From Desulfatiglandales bacterium (GTDB taxonomy: Bacteria > Desulfobacterota > DSM-4660 > Desulfatiglandales > HGW-15): DNA of 64,000 nucleotides. The notes beneath the pieces were generated by a model. That model saw nothing but the letters and a program-made list of their open reading frames with translations, was not told the DNA's origin and searched no databases. The stretch covers positions 1,152,001 to 1,216,000 of the forward strand of contig CAXXJJ010000004.1 of the NCBI GenBank assembly GCA_963667015.2, read 5' to 3'. Within the stretch, counting starts at the first letter, position 1; each line of letters opens with the position of its first letter. Made by a program: the position numbers and the translations under genes. Shown in pieces: positions 1-8,384 of the stretch.

Positions 1-1082
1 GAATTTTTATTGTACCTTTCTTCTGATTATTGCTCACATAGGGACAATTTGTCACCAAATATGAAACCTTTTTGAACGTTAATAATATCAAACAGTTAAG
101 TCTACTTTTGAAAAATACTGGTCACTACAGAGAGAAAGTCGTCCTTAAATTTTTATTTCACCAACCACTCAACTTAACATTCATTAAACCTATAGCCATT
201 TGCCAGTTCCGTGAGGAACAAGGCCGTATTAAGCCTGAAATATTAACCTATAAGAACTTAGGAGTTCAAAACAACATGAAAGACATTATTGACCGAGAAG
301 AATTTGTAAAAGAAATGGAAAAAAACTGGGAAGAACGATTAGGGAACGTTTCAAGCCATGCGCTGAGACAGACTTGGAGACAGATTGGCAGGGTTTTCAA
401 CGAGCATATCTTTAACCATAACAATCCATCCTACTCAAAAAACTGGACAGTGCTTCAGCCAAAGACAGGCACAGGTAAAACTCAAGGAGCTATTGTGTTC
501 TCAAGTATGCTTTCAAGATTATCTGAAGATGAACACCCAGGTGTTCTTATCGTTACCAGAAGGAAACTTGATGCCAATGACATTAGAGACCAGATCAATG
601 AACTATCGGGTCATGAAGTTGCAATAGCACATCATTCTGACAGCAAGACTCAACTATCTGAACTTCGTATGTATGGCGTAGTCATCATTACTCACAGATT
701 CTATGAGATGGCCTTAGATCATCTTGGACAAGGAGCAACTATTGAATCGACTTGGCCTGTTATTCATGAATGGCAATGGTGACAGCCGAAAGCTTATCAT
801 CATTGACGAATGCATTGACCTCATAGAGCACTCTCAAGGTTCACTCATGGGCCTCAAGCAGACACTTGCAGTTATACCACCGGATATCGAAGAAGAGTTT
901 CCTGAAGAGGTTCGAGCAATCGAAAAGCTTGCCAACATGCTGAAGGAAGTTGACCAGCAGAAAAGGAAAACAGGAAGTTGTCAGGAGTCTCTTATATCTG
1001 AGGTTTCACTTCTTGATAATCCGCCGGATTTAACTCTTCTCAGGGATGCAATGAGGAAAAAGAAGTGCGATATGATTTATTA

Positions 1083-2758
1083 CCTGAATTTTGCATTAAA
1101 AATAAAAAAACATAGAAACACATTGACCATCTGGAACCGCTGTTATTATGGGAGTTGACAAAGACAACCATAAATACAGGAGATACCCAGATGGTAAAAG
1201 CTAATAAATCAAAATTCACTAAGAAGTACAACAATAAAGGAACCCAGACAGATCACTCAAATGCCAGAAATATCAATGCATCTACAGCATATGACACATG
1301 CAGTGAACAGCTAAGCCCATTTGGCGGGCTTTTGGCCATTATAAAATTTATAGACCTGATTGATTTTCGGGAAATATTTGAATCTGTATATAAAGCCCCT
1401 AGCCGGAAACCCAAGCTGGGACACTATTCTATGGTAGTCGGTCTGCTGACGCTACTATTTATAGGCTTCAACAGGGTATGGCATTTTTCATATTTACGTT
1501 TTGATTCGATGCTTTGCGGATTTTTTAGGGTTACCAGCTTGCCTGTTGCCAGTACTTTTTGGCGATACGTTAATAGTATGGGTCTCAATCAGGGGAAATC
1601 CTTACTGAATGTAATGGCAGTCCTTAGAGAGCGTGTCTGGAGCCTTAACAATATTTCTTATCGCAAAGTTTGCTTAGATATAGACACAACAGTCGAGACA
1701 GTTTTTGGAGATCAACAGGGGGCTCGGAAAGGCCACAACACTAAAAACCGCGGAAAGAAAGGCTATCGACCAGTCCTGTGTTTTATTGAGGAAAGCAGGG
1801 AATATCTGATCGGCAAACTTCGTAGAGGTGAAACCATGGGAGGCATCGAAACTGCGGAATTTATTTCCCAAATAAAAAGCCAGCTGCCTGGCTGCGTTGA
1901 ACAGGTTTTGGTACGTGGGGATGGGGAATTCCAAAGTGCAGAAAGTGTTCATGAATGCATAGAAGAAGGCTATAATTTTATTTTTGCTAACAAAGGATGC
2001 AATCCTCCATTTGATCCCCGACTTTGGTATCAGCCTAACAAAAAACAGGCGTGTGAGTACAACAGTTGCGTATACCAGCCTCAGGGGTGGGAGGAACCTG
2101 TCAGGTTTGTTGCAATGAGAATGCCCAAAGAAAATATCAAAGATCAAAATACTCAGTACGAACTGTTTGAAGAAGATAAATATACTTATCGTATATTCAG
2201 CACTGATCTCAGGCAAAAAGCTCATAAGGTCATTGCCCTGTATGATAAACGTGCAGATGTTGAAAACCTGGTGGGTGAATCAAAACGTGAAGGGCTTGAC
2301 GCCATTCCTTCATCACGTTTCAAAAATAACTATGCTTATTTTCAAGTTGTAATGCTGGCCTATAATATCTGGCGCTACTTGAAAATAATGGCTGAGAATA
2401 GTTGCAAAGACAAACAACCTGATGAGGCAGCACCGCAGGCTGCTTCACTTAAAGGGATAAAAACAAATACTGTTCGTATAGCAAGGTTGCGTTTGCTGAT
2501 GATTGCCGCAAAGGTTGTCATGGCATCAAACCGGAATAAAGTCAGGTACTCTATCCATGATAGCCGAACACCAGCCTTACTGTCGTTCATGGAATATTTG
2601 GATATGAAGAGAGCAGTGCCTAAACCTTGGTGCGGCAATAATTTAGCTGTAATTTGAGTTGGTTGTACTTCGTGCACAAAATTTCTTGCACGGAGAAATA
2701 AGCTTTATAAAAATTGAATAATATACTATAGAAAATGCGTTTTCGTGCAAAATTCAGG
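1083..2758 (+). mobile_element. IS1380-family insertion sequence, complete
   Basis: Terminal IRs CCTGAATTTTGCA (1083-1095) and TGCAAAATTCAGG (2746-2758), flanked by 5-bp direct repeat TATTA (1078-1082 and 2759-2763). Confidence 0.92.
1191..2657 (+). CDS. IS1380-family DDE transposase
   Basis: Motifs LDIDTTV..FGDQQGA..G.N, GYRP, LVRGDGEF, YDKRADVENLVGESK and N.AYFQVVMLAYN. ATG at 1191 follows AGGAGA; the ORF track starts upstream at 1155. Confidence 0.92.
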   Translation: MVKANKSKFTKKYNNKGTQTDHSNARNINASTAYDTCSEQLSPFGGLLAIIKFIDLIDFREIFESVYKAPSRKPKLGHYSMVVGLLTLLFIGFNRVWHFSYLRFDSMLCGFFRVTSLPVASTFWRYVNSMGLNQGKSLLNVMAVLRERVWSLNNISYRKVCLDIDTTVETVFGDQQGARKGHNTKNRGKKGYRPVLCFIEESREYLIGKLRRGETMGGIETAEFISQIKSQLPGCVEQVLVRGDGEFQSAESVHECIEEGYNFIFANKGCNPPFDPRLWYQPNKKQACEYNSCVYQPQGWEEPVRFVAMRMPKENIKDQNTQYELFEEDKYTYRIFSTDLRQKAHKVIALYDKRADVENLVGESKREGLDAIPSSRFKNNYAYFQVVMLAYNIWRYLKIMAENSCKDKQPDEAAPQAASLKGIKTNTVRIARLRLLMIAAKVVMASNRNKVRYSIHDSRTPALLSFMEYLDMKRAVPKPWCGNNLAVI

Positions 2759-3886
2759 TATTAATCCTCAAACAATCAAACCCAAAAGAGTTGGACAGGT
2801 TAAGAAAGTTACATGATGCACGATTGAAATCTGTTCATGGAATACTAAGGTCATGGGCATACTATGCAAAGAAGAAGGGTATCCCGACTCTAAACACTGC
2901 AAGATTACTTGTTCCTGAAGATGTCAAAGGGGCAGTTATCCTTGATGCCACAGCAAGCAGTAATGTCCTTCTGGATATCTGGAAGGACGCACATATAGAA
3001 ACGCCCTATGGTGGTGAAAGACGGTATGACAATGTTGCTCTAAACTATTCACTCGGCCACAAAGTCGGAAAGGTATGGATGAACAAAAATGCTAAGAAAA
3101 TATGCAAAGATTTCATTTCTGATCTTAATAATCGTTTTAAAGAAGGTGATCGTGTTCTTGTAGTTACACATAAAGACCTTGAACCTATCCTTACATCCTA
3201 CAAAACCAACTTCAAATTAATGACAGGACATTGGGGAGCGATTGACGGAAGTAATGAATGGAAGGAGTGCAATAAGGTTGTAATCTTTGGTTTACCCTAC
3301 AAGCCTGATACATGGACAGCAAATCTATTCATGTCTTTTCACGGGCCTATGTCCACTGAATGGCTTCAATCTGAAGGAGACAGACCTTATGGTAGACACA
3401 CAGATATTCGCAGAGCATTGAAGCATGGAGCAATCATTGTGGACGTTATACAGGCTATTAACCGTGTTAGATGCAGGAAAGTTATTGACAGTCAGGGCCA
3501 TTGTGAACCCACAAGTGTCTGGATGCTTTTACCTGATGATCCTCTTTCGGATATACTCTTGGAAAGCATCTCAAAGGATATGCCTAATATTCATCTACAT
3601 GAATGGGATTATGGTAAACAGAAACGAACGGTTCAAGCACCCAGAAGAGGCAAATGGCAGGAAGCTCTTGTGAAGTACTTTAAGAACATGCAGAACGGTA
3701 GCATACCAGCCGGTCATGTGAGAAATAATTTAGGCATGTCTCCAAGGACATTAGCAACCTTAACGAAGAAGGCACAGGAAATTGACTCTGACCTCTATGG
3801 GATTATGAATGAGATGAACATTAGATATGAAATCCAAAGACATGGACGATCATCTAAAGGCATGTTTATCAAACAATAGTAATTAG

Positions 3887-4252
3887 CTTCGACTGTCTAA
3901 CCTTTAAGTCCTACCATTCACATTGCACTTTAAATCATATAATAACTCTTTATAGACCTATTTTGCATAGTGAAATTTATAAACAGAAGAGTGCTCAGAG
4001 AGGAACCAGAAGAAAAAGTTATAGGAGTATGTTAGATTGTCTTCTGGTGAGACTCTGAGTATATCTTCTGTGATGACTTTAAGTGGAGGGGATTTACAAA
4101 AATAAATATCCCCTTTCTTAAAGGCTAACTCCTTATATATCCCTTATAAGACACTGCTCTCGCAGTAAACTATAAGTATAACATAAGGAAATAATTTGAT
4201 TGGATGTGTTAATGAGGCCTTGCCTCTTATAGTGTGGTAAAGTCAGTCGAAG
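3887..4252 (+). ncRNA. Putative highly structured non-coding element (ncRNA or ssDNA origin) with a closing stem and five hairpins
   Basis: CTTCGACTG 3887-3895 pairs with CAGTCGAAG 4244-4252. Internal hairpins at 3917-3974, 3983-4071, 4077-4123, 4130-4189 and 4210-4229. G-T(U) pairs favour the + strand. Confidence 0.5.
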
Positions 4253-4472
4253 GCTTCAGTTTCAACCTTCGTGATAGCGTTTCTGATTTTTATTTATCTG
4301 TCTGCTTGTATCTGTTTTTGTCTATGAGACCGAAAGCGAACGCCTCCCGATGAGTTCGGTTTGAAGAGTGGACAACTGAAGTAGGGAGTTGATAGCCAGT
4401 TTACCGGCCTTGTTGAGTAAAAGGTGGAAAGCTTGGAGTGATCCTTTTGGTGAGACTTGAGGGAGCACTTCA

Positions 4473-5159
4473 CTATGTGTCACAAAAATTAATATTTGAT
4501 GTATCTGATGAATCCACTAAAACCTCTGGCATCTTTGTATCATCAATCGTTTGTTGAAGCAGAACTTGATTGGTTTTTAATAAATCGAGTATATAATCCC
4601 ATGTAAGAATTCTAATATTCCAACGATCGTATATATATTGCTTCCTTATTGTTAATGCCTTTTCATACAACTTATTTCTTTTGTCTACATTTATAAAGTC
4701 GCCGTCAACCCATCGATCGTGACGTCCAATAATAATTCCGCCGAAATATATATTGTCTGAATGTACTATTTGAAAATCGCGTTTAAAATTTTCATCTCCT
4801 TTATTTTCATGAAAGTAATGAAACAGTTGGTTTTCAGCTTTAATAAGTTCCTTTGAGGGGCGTAATCTATTCTCAGTTTCCTTTTCAAATATATAACACT
4901 GAGGTGCTTTTAGTTCCCAAATAAATGCTTTAACAGCTTGTAGGCCTGTCTCGTCCTGTACTTTTACAGATAGGACGTAGTCAGAATCACCTGAATTACC
5001 CCTACGTTCTTTATCAATATAAACAAATTCTAAAACAGTTTCGGGTATCAGAGCAGTCTTAACATGATGCAAAAATGCTCGGCATTCCAATTCCTTGTTT
5101 CCATCTGCTTGAATTAATTTTCTTAGCTGATTGTAATTTTCAGTGGAGTTATCCTGCAT
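4473..5159 (-). CDS. Shedu (SduA/DUF4263)-like PD-(D/E)xK anti-phage nuclease domain protein
   Basis: KELECRAFL ... GDSDYVL ... WELKAP ... RPSKELIKAENQLFHY ... GGIIIGR ... IRILTWDYIL follows the DUF4263 motif order. Confidence 0.8.
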   Translation of the reverse strand: MQDNSTENYNQLRKLIQADGNKELECRAFLHHVKTALIPETVLEFVYIDKERRGNSGDSDYVLSVKVQDETGLQAVKAFIWELKAPQCYIFEKETENRLRPSKELIKAENQLFHYFHENKGDENFKRDFQIVHSDNIYFGGIIIGRHDRWVDGDFINVDKRNKLYEKALTIRKQYIYDRWNIRILTWDYILDLLKTNQVLLQQTIDDTKMPEVLVDSSDTSNINFCDT

Positions 5160-5685
5160 ACGCTTCTCTCCACATATTAGTAGAATATGCTACAAGACCA
5201 TCAAAATACTCATATACTGTTGCTTTGTTAATTTCATCTCCATAACTCACAATGTAAGCAAGAGGTATCTTGTACTCTAATTTCCCTTGATTTTTAGTTT
5301 CAATCGATTGGGTGTGATTAAGTAATACAATTGTTGAATCTTTCCCCAAAGAAAAAGTGTAAGCATTACTAACTGTACATTCGCTTGCAGTCATATAACG
5401 GGCACCCTCTGCCCTAAACAAAGCGCTTTCTTTTTTGACAGTAATAAGACCCGGGAATGGATTCAGCTTTTTTGAAATATAATCATTAATTCGTTTTTTA
5501 TCTCCTGAGCCGAGAATAACAATCATAGCATACTCAGCCTCAGTTATTGCGACCCAACGAATCTTCTTTTTCTGTAGCACAGATGGGAATGACTTTTTTA
5601 CTGATGGAGCTACACGTGATAAACGTTTTTTGATTATTTCATTTATTTTGATCAGATCAAAATCGGTATCCATTTCATAAACCAT
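5149..5685 (-). CDS. Hypothetical protein; possible sensor partner or N-terminal part of the Shedu-like protein
   Basis: 178-aa ORF overlapping the start of the Shedu-like ORF by 11 nt; no recognised family. Confidence 0.6.
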   Translation of the reverse strand: MVYEMDTDFDLIKINEIIKKRLSRVAPSVKKSFPSVLQKKKIRWVAITEAEYAMIVILGSGDKKRINDYISKKLNPFPGLITVKKESALFRAEGARYMTASECTVSNAYTFSLGKDSTIVLLNHTQSIETKNQGKLEYKIPLAYIVSYGDEINKATVYEYFDGLVAYSTNMWREAYAG

Positions 5686-5831
5686 TATTGAGGGTTAATA
5701 TTTTATGTTCCTTTTGGTTAATAAAATCATGCGTTCAGGAGAATGGATAAATCAATAGTTACATTATATACAACTCCAATCACCACTTATCAATTCATTA
5801 TTTAGGGGTGGACATCAAGATTAACTCCAAG

Positions 5832-6761
5832 TTAATCGATTTCAGTATCAGAATGTACAATCGCATAGTTAACAACTTGACTGAACGCAATGGCCAGATT
5901 ATCCATAAATTTTTTATCTTTCATCGGGTTATTGAGTTTGGAAAAAAACTGAGGTTCTAATTTCAGATCACTTGAGAGGCATCGAATTTCAGAATGATCT
6001 GAGGCAAACTTAACTTCTAATAATTTTTCATTTCGATATAACTTTCTCTTGAAATTAAAGCTAAATATTAATCTGCTACGTAACTTACCTCCCTCTATTC
6101 GCCCTGATTCTTGCCATATCCAAAGCTCAGAACCATCTACCAAATTATATGTTCGGGCCTTACCTTGAATCAAATTTATCTCGGAAACTATCACAGGAAT
6201 GTCTGTCTTTCCTATATTAGATAGAAGCCCTTTAGATTCCCAATTTGAAATTTCACCGTCAAGGAGGGTTAAAATTAAGTGGCGAACAGGTTCCCATTTT
6301 AGTTCATACAGATTTGCTTCCTTTTGGCTTTCATCTTTGATTTTATCAAGGCTATCTTTCTGTTTTTTTAATAAAGTATCGTCAGGTTCTGTGATCATTT
6401 TTTCCGCATAAAGACTTATTAAGTCCTTCTGTGCAGCCAAGTACTCATCCCTTGCACTTTTATTTCCCTGTTTTGCAAGGACTTCATCCAATTTTTGGTT
6501 TTGAGCTTTGTCACGTTCCTCAGCTTTATCATCAAAATTTGATATAGCGACAGCCTCTTGAGAAGGATGAAAATGGTGGTACAAATCGGAAACTACAGGC
6601 CCAAGTAAAGCTCCGACAATCAGCATGATAATTGCGCCTATTATGTTAGTCCCCCATGATTGATGTAAAAAGCAATAACGTGATCCACGTAAAGGTTTCT
6701 TAGAGCACTGTTTTTGGCTTGATGTTGCGAACGCTTGGCATTGTGGTTTTTCCGGTGACAC
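5832..6761 (-). CDS. Hypothetical membrane protein with N-terminal Cys3-His zinc-finger-like motif
   Basis: QCQAFATSSQKQCSKKPLRGSRYCFLHQ, then one TM helix (IIGAIIMLIVGALLGPVV) and a coiled-coil. GTG start after GAGAGGGA. Confidence 0.7.
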   Translation of the reverse strand: MSPEKPQCQAFATSSQKQCSKKPLRGSRYCFLHQSWGTNIIGAIIMLIVGALLGPVVSDLYHHFHPSQEAVAISNFDDKAEERDKAQNQKLDEVLAKQGNKSARDEYLAAQKDLISLYAEKMITEPDDTLLKKQKDSLDKIKDESQKEANLYELKWEPVRHLILTLLDGEISNWESKGLLSNIGKTDIPVIVSEINLIQGKARTYNLVDGSELWIWQESGRIEGGKLRSRLIFSFNFKRKLYRNEKLLEVKFASDHSEIRCLSSDLKLEPQFFSKLNNPMKDKKFMDNLAIAFSQVVNYAIVHSDTEID

Positions 6762-6814
6762 GGTATCCCTCTCTTAATAATTTTCAATGAAGTCTGACTA
6801 TGCGGTGAGTTTCA

Positions 6815-7726
6815 TCATTCTAAACCTAAATAAGTCGTAAGTGCTTTTGTTAACAATGTTCCGGCTGAACTTGTACCTACCTTCCAAGCCTCTGTCCCGG
6901 CTTTACTTAACATTTTACCCATCCAACCTGATACTTTCTTACCAAAACCTTGAGTTTGTCCATGCTCTTCATCTTCCTTAACTGCGATGCTTAACTCCTC
7001 AATGTCCTCATTTGAGATACCTTTGGATTTTAAGAAAGAGGAAAGGCTTTCAAAGTCACCTTTTGTTACGATAAACTGCCCACTCTGTGTAACGTTTGTG
7101 CTTCCTGTAGCTACATTCTGTACATTTCCATTGATGACAGTATGGAATACCTGCGAAACTTTTTCATCTGGAATTGGTTTGTCGTCTGGCATTGCTTCTC
7201 CTGCGTCTGGATTTTCTTTTTCTATTTCAAGGGCAAAACTTAGAATACGATTTCTGACCGTATCAAGGATTGCAAAGACTAAACTTTTAGGAATTTCAAG
7301 CCATGCTCCAATCATGCTGTAACCTTTGAATATTTTTTGACCTACAATGGCCATAAGGTTTCCCGGCCAATCAATTTGTAACATGTCTCCGCTTCCACTA
7401 CATGTTTCTTCTATAGCACTTATAGGTTGTACGAGACGTGCCTCATTTGCCCAATGCCTGTATTCTTTTGGTAAACTACCTGAAGGAATAGTCATATTCT
7501 GCAACATACGACCATAAGCCTCAAAATGGCCTTTAGCAATTCCTGAGACTATTCTATAATCTGGTATAATATCAAATGAGGGATAACCGTTTAATTCATA
7601 TTCCACCCATTGGTTCAATTCATCATGCTGAAGACGGTGAGCGAGAACTTTACATTTGCGTAACAAGTCAGAGAGTCTACTTTCAGAATCTATGGCTGAG
7701 TCCTGTATATCTCGAAGAAAAGTCAT
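6815..7726 (-). CDS. AbiTii domain-containing protein (abortive-infection-related)
   Basis: N-terminal LSDLLRKCKVLAHRL...QWVEYELNGY...IPDYR and ILDTVRNRILSFALEIE are typical of AbiTii-domain proteins. RBS GGAGG. Confidence 0.8.
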   Translation of the reverse strand: MTFLRDIQDSAIDSESRLSDLLRKCKVLAHRLQHDELNQWVEYELNGYPSFDIIPDYRIVSGIAKGHFEAYGRMLQNMTIPSGSLPKEYRHWANEARLVQPISAIEETCSGSGDMLQIDWPGNLMAIVGQKIFKGYSMIGAWLEIPKSLVFAILDTVRNRILSFALEIEKENPDAGEAMPDDKPIPDEKVSQVFHTVINGNVQNVATGSTNVTQSGQFIVTKGDFESLSSFLKSKGISNEDIEELSIAVKEDEEHGQTQGFGKKVSGWMGKMLSKAGTEAWKVGTSSAGTLLTKALTTYLGLE

Positions 7727-7774
7727 GTTTCCTCCAATTCAAAAGTTGCTAACGTAAAATTAACTATTTATCTA

Positions 7775-8140
7775 TTACTTCTTTACTTGCGGTAATGAAT
7801 TGCTTTCCGGTCTATGTGGATGTTCATCTCTTGGAAGAACCTTTAAATGTTCTCTGCTAAATGAATTTATAGAGGTTCGCCCTGCTTCTGAAGCACCTCT
7901 GATAAACGAGAATTCACCTAACATTTTATAGAAATCAGCAGGGATATCAGGGCGTACCTTATCAGGCATACAGTGATCACAGGCACGAGTGATTTGACAT
8001 AAATGATTATAGGATGATTGTACTTGAACTCTCAGGTCTTTTGATAGGTTTCTTTTTGCATTATATTGAATGTAATTACCTATTAACGAAATAACGGCAA
8101 GCAAACCGGATACAATAGTGACCCAATCAATAGCTGTCAT
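7775..8140 (-). CDS. Small hypothetical protein with N-terminal TM helix
   Basis: 121 aa; hydrophobic WVTIVSGLLAVISLIGNYI; RBS AGGAG. Confidence 0.7.
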   Translation of the reverse strand: MTAIDWVTIVSGLLAVISLIGNYIQYNAKRNLSKDLRVQVQSSYNHLCQITRACDHCMPDKVRPDIPADFYKMLGEFSFIRGASEAGRTSINSFSREHLKVLPRDEHPHRPESNSLPQVKK

Positions 8141-8384
8141 ATAGTGCTCCTATAGATTTAACAAATATTGTCGGTGTGGTTGATCAGAGATTTATTGTTG
8201 TTAACAATACATTCTCAATTTCACTATTTCAAGTCCAACCTTCAGCCACACCCAAAAATACCCTTCAGCCTCTCAAATTCGCATCACATTAACTTCAGGG
8301 GTATATTGTACTCATTTCAGTTTTAAGCGTAAGGTGAGGCATCCTGAGTAACTTGGCAAGCATCGTAGATGCCATGTGCAGACA

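Larger units (their letters stand above)
276..3879 (+). pseudogene. SF2 helicase-like (putative replication/origin-binding) gene, interrupted by IS1380 and two frameshifts
   Basis: ATG at 276 after GGAG. Walker A-like LQPKTGTGKT in ORF 72..782, Walker B-like IIIDECID in ORF 724..1158, and ILDATA plus motif VI-like QAINRVRCR in ORF 2791..3879. C-terminal HTH-like segment. Frameshifts near 773 and near 1060; IS at 1083-2758. Confidence 0.75.

Noticed and set aside
72..275. N-terminal extension of ORF 72..782
   Set aside because: TTG start without an RBS. ATG 276 has GGAG upstream, and protein-like sequence begins there.
1081..2760. Alternative IS boundaries using 15-bp IRs (TACCTGAATTTTGCA) and no TSD
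   Set aside because: This would restore the local frame but leaves no target duplication. The CC...GG ends with a 5-bp TATTA duplication fit IS1380-family behaviour better.
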